Of a stretch of 64,000 bases of DNA, positions 36,701 through 44,829 are shown piece by piece. The stretch is from Actinomycetota bacterium (lineage in GTDB: Bacteria; Actinomycetota; Actinomycetes; S36-B12; UBA5976): positions 67,692 to 131,691 of the forward strand of contig JAPLBY010000034.1 of NCBI GenBank assembly GCA_026392515.1, read 5' to 3'. The position numbers were made by a program, and so were the translations under genes. Every line of letters starts with the position of its first letter. Positions within the stretch are counted from its first letter, which is position 1. The notes under the pieces are model-generated. The model searched no databases and had not been told where the DNA came from. It was given only the letters and a program-made list of their open reading frames with translations.

Positions 36701-36973
36701 ACCACCGCCAACAGCAGCCGTGACTTGATCTCGCCAATCGATGGCTGCTCGACGACCAAACGTTAAACCCAAAACTTGATTTGGATGAAGTGCATCGGGA
36801 CCAGACAGCCGAGCTGCCATTGCAGCCACCAGAGTTGTGGTCTTGCCTGTGCCTGGACCTGCCAAAACCCGCATGGCGCCATGGCGATGATTCACAACGC
36901 GAAGTTGATCCTCATCCAGGGTTGGCGCAACATAAGGCAATGCCGGGGTGCGATCAAGGATTAAGCGAGTCAT
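33731..36973 (-). CDS. adnA: AdnA-like helicase-nuclease subunit
   Basis: AGPGTGKT, VDEYQDTD, GRADRIE...IFDFKTSK nuclease motif and C-terminal CKLCKVRTLC. 1080 aa. ATGA overlap with adnB. Confidence 0.88.
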   Translation of the reverse strand: MTRLILDRTPALPYVAPTLDEDQLRVVNHRHGAMRVLAGPGTGKTTTLVAAMAARLSGPDALHPNQVLGLTFGRRAAIDWRDQVTAAVGGGVVPLVSTFHSFCYALVRQFQSDEAYISATRLLSGPEQQVRSRQLFADAIADQRLNWPADLMPAVGTRGLAEEIRAVMSRTRSHIMDPADLVNLGNKTGRQTWASIGVFMDEYLDVLDAEGVLDYSELIHRAVLLSHRPDVQEYLHKTFSAIYVDEYQDTDPGQVALLKAMVNVDSALVVVGDVDQAIYGFRGADEAGIRNFEQEFESVFGKPVENVVLSTCRRFGAQIRSAASAVIGDRVPAGFNSVDIHKHRNPKCISENVGELKVRTFDSPGAEASHIADMIARAHANENLQWSDFAVIVRSAVVSIPTIYRAFVAAGIPVEVAADEIPLHQDPAVAPLVTALRITDNPRHATVDVVADLLSGPLAAIDPVDLRRFGSYLRMKDRTTEHAPRPALVLIGESLLDPKLLLDVPPGRHDSVVAAIQKIGTVLIAARKLMQSGASPHEVLWSIWQGTSWPTRLQEQALGFGTPSTRAHRDLDAICSLFDLANRFVARGRGKDLTNFLDEIEAQEIPAEALAENDVRNDSVRLLTAHRSKGLQWKYVVVAGAQEELWPDLRQHQSLLQSDRIGPNLELMPLTMRELLAQERRLFYVALTRAMQTLLITATDTSVRDDGVAPTRFITDIVTAMPQIEILHTSGRPKRPLSPEGVIANLRRTLSSPESSQALKLAAANKLAQLHKTHGSLFFHADPDKWWGVLEPTQNQRPANSQVSISASGITSIEHCPAQWFLERKLNALSQSATPMIFGNALHAIAQGLSSGELAYDISAIDDQLDRLWPGMGYEAEWESSRERNSAHDASVRLLTWMLEHKDQVSITESGLSWKTKIAVESPDGSSRDVDLAITGRADRIEFTEDGIMIFDFKTSKDAKKIKDLFKDVQLALYTYLLENGNFTKAGEEVSRESEQPVKGAALVQLRVGEKDNADLALVQQVSPETHDENSTIGLEQRIGQAALVVLDERYEARYEDQKCKLCKVRTLCPATPEGKQVLS

Positions 36974-37087
36974 TGCTCCTTATTCCACCATGTAAGGGTG
37001 ACAAATCCGCATCAGGCTTTCGCAATCCCTCATTATTCAGGCAAGATTATGTAAGTAAGTACTTTTAATTGACCTAATGATTGGGGG

Positions 37088-39472
37088 ATGTCCGTGGCAC
37101 CAACGGCATCTGCCTCGACCTTGGTTATCGAAGACGCGGTTATAAACCGTCGGTTGCGCAGACCAGCTGACTTGGCCCGCTTTGCCTTCACAGTTTTTGC
37201 CATCGTGATCGTTGGGCTTTTGGCATTTTTGGCGCAGAGTACAACTACTGGAATTGATCAAGATATCGCACAAGGTGCCAATCGTCTTCCAGCACCAATC
37301 ATCTTGATCACAAACTTAGTCAGTGGTTTTGGCGCCTTGATTTTCCCAGCCGCAGCTGCCTTAGATTTATTAATTCGTAAACGCACTCGGCAACTAGTTG
37401 AATCAATTGCTGCGCTGCTTGTAACGGTTGTAATTCTTTCAGTTTCGTCTTGGGCGCTCATCCAATCAGGATCCGAACGACTACTCTTAACTTTCGCTGG
37501 AACCACAGATCCAGCGACTGCTGTGCCATTCAGCATTGTCGTAGGTGGTTTGGCTGCTTTCACTACTGTGGCTCGAATCATGTCCCGACCAAGATGGAAC
37601 ATTGTTGCCGGAATTGTTATTGGATCAATCGCGCTAGCAAACATTGTCAGCGGTGGTGTGACTGCAGCTGGTCTTGGCGTTTCCTTGCTTGCAGGTTGGG
37701 CAACAGGACTTTTGATTCGTTACCTACTTGGAACGGACACCACTCGCCCATCAGGTAATGAAATTGCAAAAGCGATGACTGCACTCGGGCTACCACTCAC
37801 CTTGCTTCGGGCTGCTGAAGTTTTAGAGTCTGGACGAAAATACGATGCCAGCACAACCGATGGTCAACGGATTGACTTAATCATTTTGGATCGCGATCTT
37901 GAAGGTGCCGGATTGGCACAGGCCATTTATCGCTCCGTGAGATTGCGCGATGATTCTGGCGGCTCTGGCACTTCTATGCGTAGGCGCCTCGAACGCATTG
38001 CACTTAACAGCTGGGCAATTTCTACAGCTGGAATTCCAACACAACATTTGATTGCAGTTGCAGAAGTTGGACCAGATGCTGCCGTGCTTGCCTTTCAACA
38101 TGTTCCAGGCCGCACCTTCGATTCAGTTGGTCATTCACTTGGAGATGCTGAACTCGCTGGCGCTTGGGAAATTGTTCGCGATTTACAGTCTGCGCGAATT
38201 GCACACCGTTCTTTGATTTCTGAAAACTTTTTGCAAGCAAGCGACGGCAAGGTTTACATTCAGGGGCTCGAAGATGGCACGATTGCAGTTTCGGACGTTT
38301 TACTTCGCATCGATCTTGCCGAAGCATTGGTAACTCTTTCAATTGAGTCAGACCCAATGCGCGCAATTCAAGCCGGACGTGTTGTCCTTGGTGACGCAGG
38401 CTTAGCGCGCGCTCTACCTGCGCTGCAACCAGTTGCGCTTTCCCCTCATACCCGTGCACAGCTCAAGGAAAATCGTGATTTACTGACAACTTTGCGAGCC
38501 ACAATTTTGCAAAATATGCCAGAGACCGATGCAGAAGAAATTGAAATTGAACGAGTTAAGCCACGAACTCTAGTAACGATTTTTGCTGGAACCATTGCGG
38601 CCTACTTGTTGTTAACTCAACTTGGTCGAGTTAACTTTTCTGAAGTATTCAATACCGCAGACACAAATTGGTTATTGATTGGCTTAGCGTTGTCGGCGCT
38701 TACTTACGTTGCGGCAACGCTGGCGCTATCTGGTGTCGTTCCAGAAAGACTTTCGTTTTGGAAAACTTTCCAAGCCCAATGGGCCGCATCATTTGCAACT
38801 TTGGTTGCACCCCCAACCTTAGGTTCGGTAGCAATCAATGTGCGCTACCTGTCTAAGCAAGGAATGCAAACTGCGTTAGCCGGAGCTAGTGTTGCAGTCG
38901 CCCAAGCCCTGGCGTTTTTTAGTCATATTTTCTTATTGTTTATTGCGGTAATTGCAGCCGGAACTTCTAGTGATTTTTCTTTCCGCCCACCTCGTACCGC
39001 GATCATAGTTTTCCTAGTAGTTGCACTTTCTGCTTCAGCTCTCTTTACAATTCCAAATGTCAGGCGCTGGGCAACCGAAAAGATTCAACCAATTTTTTCC
39101 CAGGTGCTGCCACGACTTTCCTCACTTGCAAATCAGCCAGCCAAATTGATTACCGGTGTTTTCGGAGTTCTGCTGCTTAATCTTGCTTACTGCGCCTGCT
39201 TAGTTGCTTCAGTTAGAGCATTTACACCGGATGCCTCGATAGCTGCAATTGCCTTGGTTTATCTTGCTGGTTCCGTATTAGGTCAAGCCGCTCCTACCCC
39301 CGGAGGCTTGGGAGCTGTCGAAGCTGCCCTTGCTGCAGGTTTAACTGCTGCGGGAATAGATGCAGGCATAGCAATCTCAGCTACTTTGGTGTTTCGTTTA
39401 ATGACTTTCTGGATCCCAACCATTCCTGGTTGGTTTGCATTTAGAAATCTGCAGCGAACCGGCGATCTCTAA
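37088..39472 (+). CDS. Multidomain membrane protein: N-terminal TM block, kinase-like (pseudokinase) middle domain, C-terminal UPF0104/MprF-flippase-like TM domain
   Basis: 794 aa. The middle domain has IAHRSLISENFL (compare HRDLKPENIL) at nt 38204-38230, with Ser in place of the catalytic Asp. The C-terminal half has about 8 TM segments ending APTPGGLGAVEAAL, typical of the LPG-synthase TM / UPF0104 family. Confidence 0.7.
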   Translation: MSVAPTASASTLVIEDAVINRRLRRPADLARFAFTVFAIVIVGLLAFLAQSTTTGIDQDIAQGANRLPAPIILITNLVSGFGALIFPAAAALDLLIRKRTRQLVESIAALLVTVVILSVSSWALIQSGSERLLLTFAGTTDPATAVPFSIVVGGLAAFTTVARIMSRPRWNIVAGIVIGSIALANIVSGGVTAAGLGVSLLAGWATGLLIRYLLGTDTTRPSGNEIAKAMTALGLPLTLLRAAEVLESGRKYDASTTDGQRIDLIILDRDLEGAGLAQAIYRSVRLRDDSGGSGTSMRRRLERIALNSWAISTAGIPTQHLIAVAEVGPDAAVLAFQHVPGRTFDSVGHSLGDAELAGAWEIVRDLQSARIAHRSLISENFLQASDGKVYIQGLEDGTIAVSDVLLRIDLAEALVTLSIESDPMRAIQAGRVVLGDAGLARALPALQPVALSPHTRAQLKENRDLLTTLRATILQNMPETDAEEIEIERVKPRTLVTIFAGTIAAYLLLTQLGRVNFSEVFNTADTNWLLIGLALSALTYVAATLALSGVVPERLSFWKTFQAQWAASFATLVAPPTLGSVAINVRYLSKQGMQTALAGASVAVAQALAFFSHIFLLFIAVIAAGTSSDFSFRPPRTAIIVFLVVALSASALFTIPNVRRWATEKIQPIFSQVLPRLSSLANQPAKLITGVFGVLLLNLAYCACLVASVRAFTPDASIAAIALVYLAGSVLGQAAPTPGGLGAVEAALAAGLTAAGIDAGIAISATLVFRLMTFWIPTIPGWFAFRNLQRTGDL

Positions 39473-39478
39473 CTAGAA

Positions 39479-40669
39479 CTAGTACGAAGGTTTGTCAGGT
39501 TCGATTTGGCTAACCCAAGCCAGGATTCCGCCGCCAACGTGAATGGCATCTTTAAACCCGGCACCCTTAACCGCAGCTAGAACTTCAGCTGAACGACCGC
39601 CAACTTTGCAATGCAAAACGATCTGCTTATCAGTTGGCATCTTGGTTAGAGCATCGCCCATCAAGAATTCATTCTTTGGAATCAATACCGCACCAGGAAT
39701 ACTCACAATGTCGTATTCATTTGGTTCGCGCACATCGATCAGCAAGAAGTCTTTCTCGCCACGCTCGCGAGCTTTTAGCATTTCATCTAGTTGCTTAACA
39801 TTGATGGTTGAATCAACGATCGCTTCCGCTGCTTCAGCTGAAACAGCGCCACAGAATGCTTCGTAATCGATTAGCTCAGTAACAGTTGGATTTTCGCCAC
39901 ACACTGCACAGTTTGGATCTTTGCGCATTTTGATTTTGCGATAAGTCATTTCAAGTGCGTCATAAACAATTAGGGAACCAACAAGTGGATCGCCAATTCC
40001 AGTTAGCACCTTGATGGCTTCAGTTACTTGGATTGAACCAATCGATGCACAAAGCACACCAAGTACGCCGCCTTCGGAACACGATGGCACCATTCCTGGT
40101 GGTGGTGGCTCTGGGTAAAGGCATCGGTAGCACGGACCATGTTCAGACCAGAACACGCTTGCTTGACCGTCGAAGCGATAAATCGAACCCCAAACGTAAG
40201 GCTTGTTCAGCAAGACACATGCATCGTTAACTAAATAACGAGTTGCGAAGTTATCTGTACCGTCAACAATCAAGTCGTACTGCGCAAAAATTTCCATCAC
40301 GTTAGTGGAATCAAGACGTGTTTCATGCTTGATTACATTTACATAAGGGTTGATTCCCTTCACGGTGTCAGCAGCGCTATCAACCTTTGGACGATCAATG
40401 TCACTTTGACTGTGAATAATCTGGCGCTGCAAATTTGATTCGTCTACAGTGTCGAACTCAACGATTCCCAAAGTTCCAACACCAGCAGCAGCTAAATACA
40501 TAAGAGCTGGACTACCAAGGCCACCTGCGCCAACGCACAACACCTTTGCGTTCTTAAGGCGCTTCTGTCCTGCCATGCCAACATCAGGAATGATCAAGTG
40601 ACGGCTGTAACGGCGCACTTCATCAACGGTCAGCTCTGCAGCTGGTTCAACCAATGGGGGTAATGACAT
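39479..40669 (-). CDS. moeZ: Adenylyltransferase/sulfurtransferase MoeZ (MoeB/ThiF domain plus rhodanese)
   Basis: RYSRHLIIPDVG..GQ, GAGGLGSP, CYRC...PSC and C-terminal HCKVGGRS rhodanese loop. 396 aa. Confidence 0.92.
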   Translation of the reverse strand: MSLPPLVEPAAELTVDEVRRYSRHLIIPDVGMAGQKRLKNAKVLCVGAGGLGSPALMYLAAAGVGTLGIVEFDTVDESNLQRQIIHSQSDIDRPKVDSAADTVKGINPYVNVIKHETRLDSTNVMEIFAQYDLIVDGTDNFATRYLVNDACVLLNKPYVWGSIYRFDGQASVFWSEHGPCYRCLYPEPPPPGMVPSCSEGGVLGVLCASIGSIQVTEAIKVLTGIGDPLVGSLIVYDALEMTYRKIKMRKDPNCAVCGENPTVTELIDYEAFCGAVSAEAAEAIVDSTINVKQLDEMLKARERGEKDFLLIDVREPNEYDIVSIPGAVLIPKNEFLMGDALTKMPTDKQIVLHCKVGGRSAEVLAAVKGAGFKDAIHVGGGILAWVSQIEPDKPSY

Positions 40670-40818
40670 TTTGACTCCTGTGAAAGTTATGTCTCTATCA
40701 AACCCTGTTTTTCGGTTTCATGGTTAGTCGCGATACATCATGGACAGTTATCGCAAGGATTTTGCAGAAAACTAGGGTCATTGAGACAAGTTCGCGCTCA
40801 CCCTCTAACGTATGAGCC

Positions 40819-41499
40819 ATGGATGAAGTCCCGTTTTTTGATACCGAAGTGGCAGGCTCTCAAATCAGCGCCTCTAAGGAACAACGGCGCCGTTCTGCCG
40901 TAATGCGTGCTGGTCTAGAGGTATTCGCTGAAAAGGGATTCCATTTGGCGTCCATGGATGACATCGCTGAGCGCGCTGGCGTTAGCAAGCCAATTCTGTA
41001 TCAACATTTTTCTTCCAAAAATGAGCTTTATTTGGGAATTCTCGATGAACGTGTTGATGCAATTGTTCAGCAAGTACGCAGTGCAATTGAATCTGCATCA
41101 ACGAATAAGAGTCGACTGGAATCTGCAATTGGTTGCTACTTTAACTTGATTGACGATGCAGACCTTGGGTATCGACTCATCTTTGAATCTGACTTCACAA
41201 TGAACCACGATGTGCGAGCGCGCGTCGAGGATGTTGTCTCACAAGTATCGAGAATTGTTGGAGCCGAAGTCTCAAAACAGACTGGAATGTCCTTAGGCGA
41301 AGCAAACATTTTGGCTGGTGGCTTAAGTGGAATGGCGCAGGCAGCGGCATGGCGTTGGTTAAGACTAGGGAGACCAATTTCAATGGAACTTGCTATCTCC
41401 CAAACCCTGGATTTGGCATGGAATGGATTGGCATCAATTCAGTCCAAAGAAGTTTCGCCCGAGGCTGAAGTACTCCACCTCGAAGATCGCATAAGTTAA
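40819..41499 (+). CDS. TetR/AcrR family transcriptional regulator
   Basis: N-terminal HTH FAEKGFHLASMDDIAERAGVSKPILYQHFSSK. Confidence 0.9.
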   Translation: MDEVPFFDTEVAGSQISASKEQRRRSAVMRAGLEVFAEKGFHLASMDDIAERAGVSKPILYQHFSSKNELYLGILDERVDAIVQQVRSAIESASTNKSRLESAIGCYFNLIDDADLGYRLIFESDFTMNHDVRARVEDVVSQVSRIVGAEVSKQTGMSLGEANILAGGLSGMAQAAAWRWLRLGRPISMELAISQTLDLAWNGLASIQSKEVSPEAEVLHLEDRIS

Positions 41500-41543
41500 C
41501 GTAGAATCTGTAGTAACCGCATAAAACTTTTGGAGAAGCCGGC

Positions 41544-41771
41544 ATGGAAATTCGAATTGGTATTCAGCACGTAAATCGTGAAGTTGTCCTTGAAAGCAAC
41601 GAAGCATTGGCTGCAGTTCAGAAATCTATTGATGCCGCGCTAGCAAGTGGTTCCCTCTTGACACTTACTGATGAAAAAGGTCGCACTGTTATTGTTCCAG
41701 GCGACAAGATTGCGTTTATCGAGATCGGTGCTCAGGCTGCTGGTCGCGTGGGATTCACGACAACTTCTTAA
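41544..41771 (+). CDS. DUF3107 family protein (TB9.4-like)
   Basis: MEIRIGIQHVNREVVLES...EKGRTVIVPGDKIAFIEIG. 75 aa. Follows the TetR gene as in mycobacteria. Confidence 0.85.
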   Translation: MEIRIGIQHVNREVVLESNEALAAVQKSIDAALASGSLLTLTDEKGRTVIVPGDKIAFIEIGAQAAGRVGFTTTS

Positions 41772-41775
41772 TTTT

Positions 41776-41880
41776 TATTGGGACATCATTGGTTTAGCTA
41801 GCTAAGCCAAAACTGGTTGCATGAAATGCAACCAGAATGAACACAGTGTCTATTGGGACATCATTGGTTTAGCTAGCTAA
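41776..41880 (+). repeat. Two perfect 30-bp direct repeats (41776-41805 and 41851-41880)
   Basis: TATTGGGACATCATTGGTTTAGCTAGCTAA occurs twice, 75 bp apart. The second copy contains the stop and last codons (read on the minus strand) of the ferritin-like gene. Confidence 0.95.
41813..41835 (-). terminator. Intrinsic terminator candidate for the minus-strand ferritin-like gene
   Basis: ctggttgcat-gaa-atgcaaccag is a 10-bp perfect stem. On the minus strand it is followed by TTTTGG. Confidence 0.6.
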
Positions 41881-41893
41881 ACCAATGATGTCC
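41856..41893. repeat. 38-bp perfect palindrome spanning a stop codon
   Basis: ggacatcattggtttagctagctaaaccaatgatgtcc equals its own reverse complement. It encodes MDIIGLAS* on the minus strand. Confidence 0.95.
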
Positions 41894-42681
41894 ATACGCT
41901 TTGCATGACCAACTGTTAGTCGATTAACCATTGCAGTTAACTCAGTTGCAGTCATTGCGGTTTCACCCGCGGGTGGACGCAAGAAAAGTTCTTGAAGCGC
42001 CGGACGGGATCCAGCAACCAATGTTGCTTGGCTAATCATTTCGCCCATGAGGCGTCTTCCCCACAGCGCTAATCGGCCAGCAACTTTTGGGTCTTGTTCG
42101 ATTGCGGTGCGAATTCGCTCAACAGCAAATTCTGCGTGACCAACATCGGATAAAACTTCCGTTACAAGCTTTGCAGTTTCCGAATCCATGTGGGAAGAAA
42201 TCTCGCGATAAAAATCATTTGCAATTCCATCACCGACATAAGCCTTAAGCAGACCTTCTAGCCAATCGCGTGGAGTAAGTGTGTTGTGAAATTGATTCAA
42301 TGCTGAGACAAACGGTTGCATTGCTGCAATTGGATCAGAACCCAGAGAAGTTAAATGTGCTGAAATTTGTTCGAAGTGAGCAAACTCTGCAGCTGCCATT
42401 TGTGCCAGCGCAGCCTTATCTTCCAAAGTAGGTGCCAAGCTCGCATCTGCAGCAGTGCGCTCAAAAGCCACTAACTCGCCATATGCGAGAACACCCAATA
42501 GGTCAATAACAGCAGGACTAGTCACAACGCTTAAGGGTAGGCGATAAACGGGTACAATTGAAGTCGGCCACGAAAATGTACGTGTTTGCCGTATATCTAC
42601 CAGGAGTTTTCTCATCGCTAGTTTTGCCGATCTCGGCGTTCCCCAAGACATCTGCTCGGCATTAGCCAGAAAGGGCATCAT
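41869..42681 (-). CDS. Ferritin-like (diiron four-helix-bundle-like) protein, Rv3210c-like position
   Basis: Contains AYGELVAFERTAADA...AAAEFAHFEQI... helices. Start uncertain: ATG 42681 has a GGGAAGG SD, and ATG 42615 or GTG 42525 are alternatives. Confidence 0.65.
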   Translation of the reverse strand: MMPFLANAEQMSWGTPRSAKLAMRKLLVDIRQTRTFSWPTSIVPVYRLPLSVVTSPAVIDLLGVLAYGELVAFERTAADASLAPTLEDKAALAQMAAAEFAHFEQISAHLTSLGSDPIAAMQPFVSALNQFHNTLTPRDWLEGLLKAYVGDGIANDFYREISSHMDSETAKLVTEVLSDVGHAEFAVERIRTAIEQDPKVAGRLALWGRRLMGEMISQATLVAGSRPALQELFLRPPAGETAMTATELTAMVNRLTVGHAKRMDIIGLAS

Positions 42682-44104
42682 CGATGCCTTCCCAATTCAA
42701 GAAATGACTTTGCCGCTTGCTATGTCGGGCCAGGACTTAATTGGTCAAGCCAAGACCGGCACTGGAAAAACTCTAGGTTTTGGAATTCCACTGTTAACTC
42801 AGGTCATCAGTCCAACAAATCCCGAATGGGCAGAATTCAAGAACGCTGGAAAGCCACAAGGCTTGGTAATTGTTCCAACTCGTGAATTAGCTATCCAAGT
42901 TGCTGACGATTTAGAAACTGCCGGAAGGAACATGGGCGCTCGCGTTCTAAGTCTTTACGGTGGCAAGGCTTACGAGCCACAGGTTGAAGCGCTTAAAAAT
43001 GGTGTCGAAGTTATTGCAGGCACTCCAGGCCGCTTAATCGACATGATTAAGCAAGGTCATTTGGACTTAAGTGCAATCAAAGTTTTGGTGCTTGATGAAG
43101 CTGACGAAATGTTAGACATGGGTTTCTTGCCTGATGTTGAAACTCTGGTTAGCAAAACTCCAGCTAGCCGACAGACCATGTTGTTCTCGGCAACTATGCC
43201 AGGACAGATTGTTGCCCTCGCTCGTCGCTACATGACACAGCCAACTCACATACGAGCATCTGATCCAACAAGTGATTCTTCAACCGTTGATGCAATCGAA
43301 CAGCACGTATGGCGTTGTCATCAAATGGATAAGCCAGAACTTGTTGCTCGCGTTTTGCAGGCTGAAGGTCGCGGACTAACTATGATTTTCTGCCGCACTA
43401 AGCGCGTTGCTGGAAATCTTGCAGAGGATCTTGCTAATCGTGGATTTGCTTCGGCTGCAGTTCACGGCGATCTTGGTCAAGGCGCTCGCGAACAAGCATT
43501 GCGTGCCTTCCGATCTGGAAAAGTCGATGTGTTAGTTGCAACTGACGTTGCAGCTCGAGGTATTGACGTTGCTGATGTAACTCACGTAATCAATTACGAA
43601 TGTCCTGACGATGAAAAGACTTACTTGCACCGCGTTGGCCGTACTGGTCGTGCTGGTGCATCAGGTGTTGCAATCACACTTGTTGACTGGCAGGACATTA
43701 ATCGCTGGCAAATGATTAACCGGATGCTTGGTATGGACTTCAACGAACCTGTTGAGACTTACTCATCGAGTGATCATGTGTATGAAGGTCTTGGTATTCC
43801 AAAGGGAACAACTGGCGAACTGCCTGGTTCAGCGCGCACACGTGAAGGTCTAGCCGGTGAAAAACTTGAAGACCTTGGTGAGACTGGCGCAAACAAGGGC
43901 CGACGTTCTGGAACTGGAAAACCAGCGACTGGTAAATCCGGATCCGGCACTAAATCAAATAGCAGCACCCGAAATTCAGCGTCAAAGCCTCGTTCGACAA
44001 GTTCAGGTGATTCTTCGACAAAGGCAACAGCCGAAAAAGCTCCAGCAAAAGAACGCACCCCACGGCAACGCAGCCGTACTCGCGGAACTCAAAAAGACGC
44101 TTAG
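42614..44104 (+). CDS. rhlE: DEAD-box ATP-dependent RNA helicase (RhlE-like); proposed ATC start
   Basis: AKTGTGKT, PTRELA, DEAD, SAT and HRVGRTGRAG, with a basic Ser/Lys/Arg tail. The Q motif (FADLGV...GIIDAFPIQ) lies upstream of the first ATG (42704). AGGAG 42602-06 is followed 7 nt later by ATC 42614. Confidence 0.8.
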   Translation: MASFADLGVPQDICSALARKGIIDAFPIQEMTLPLAMSGQDLIGQAKTGTGKTLGFGIPLLTQVISPTNPEWAEFKNAGKPQGLVIVPTRELAIQVADDLETAGRNMGARVLSLYGGKAYEPQVEALKNGVEVIAGTPGRLIDMIKQGHLDLSAIKVLVLDEADEMLDMGFLPDVETLVSKTPASRQTMLFSATMPGQIVALARRYMTQPTHIRASDPTSDSSTVDAIEQHVWRCHQMDKPELVARVLQAEGRGLTMIFCRTKRVAGNLAEDLANRGFASAAVHGDLGQGAREQALRAFRSGKVDVLVATDVAARGIDVADVTHVINYECPDDEKTYLHRVGRTGRAGASGVAITLVDWQDINRWQMINRMLGMDFNEPVETYSSSDHVYEGLGIPKGTTGELPGSARTREGLAGEKLEDLGETGANKGRRSGTGKPATGKSGSGTKSNSSTRNSASKPRSTSSGDSSTKATAEKAPAKERTPRQRSRTRGTQKDA

Positions 44105-44796
44105 TTAAAGGCTTTAACTTGCTGCCAAGTTTCACTTAACTTGGCTTCCAAGTAATCGTTTGTAGCTTGCATACTTAGGCCTGCAATTTCACTAGCCATA
44201 ACTGGGGTTCCAAATAGTAAATGAATTGTTGGTCTGTGGAAGACTCTGGAAAGCGCTTGCAAAATACTTCTTTCAACTGATCCGGTGCCAAGTTTTCTAG
44301 TGTCGTGATGCGCAATCGGCAGGATTGGCATTTCTACAGATTTTGCCATCGCAGTTGCACCTGGTCGCCACGGCCTCGGCGAAGCTTCCGCATTGATTTG
44401 CACATCACCTTCGGGGTACATCAATACACATTCATTGTTTTTCAGCACACCTCGAGCAGCTCGATATGCACTTTTACCATCATGTTGGTCCGTCGGAATG
44501 ATTCCGCTGCCGGTCACGATTTGCTTGGCAAGCGGGAAGTTCCACATGTCCGATGTTCCAACCGGTCGCAAGTGTCGGTGATGCTTGCAACTTCCCTTGC
44601 ATGGACCGTCAACTGTATATCCGAGTTTGTGCAAGGTGCCAACGACAACAACTACGTCCACCACAGTCGTATGGTTAACCACAATCATTGCTGGGCCAGG
44701 TGAATTCAGTGCAATTAAGTTCGCTTCTCCGTGTACTTGAATTTTTGTAAGTCGGCGCGACAGAAAGTATAGAAATGTTCCTGGTTGACCGCGCAT
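44101..44796 (-). CDS. 1-acyl-sn-glycerol-3-phosphate acyltransferase family (PlsC-like)
   Basis: NHTTVVD (HX4D) and YPEGD motifs. 231 aa. Confidence 0.82.
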   Translation of the reverse strand: MRGQPGTFLYFLSRRLTKIQVHGEANLIALNSPGPAMIVVNHTTVVDVVVVVGTLHKLGYTVDGPCKGSCKHHRHLRPVGTSDMWNFPLAKQIVTGSGIIPTDQHDGKSAYRAARGVLKNNECVLMYPEGDVQINAEASPRPWRPGATAMAKSVEMPILPIAHHDTRKLGTGSVERSILQALSRVFHRPTIHLLFGTPVMASEIAGLSMQATNDYLEAKLSETWQQVKAFN

Positions 44797-44829
44797 TTCT
44801 AAATTCTACTTCAAGACTTAAAAGCAGAA

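Noticed and set aside
40725-40755. GCGATA-N13-TATCGC inverted repeat as the TetR operator between moeZ and the TetR gene
   Set aside because: The arms are only 6 bp and the spacing is unusual. That is too weak to call without comparative data.
42704-42706. ATG 42704 as the start of the DEAD-box helicase
   Set aside because: It would delete the Q motif, which is encoded in frame immediately upstream with no intervening stop.
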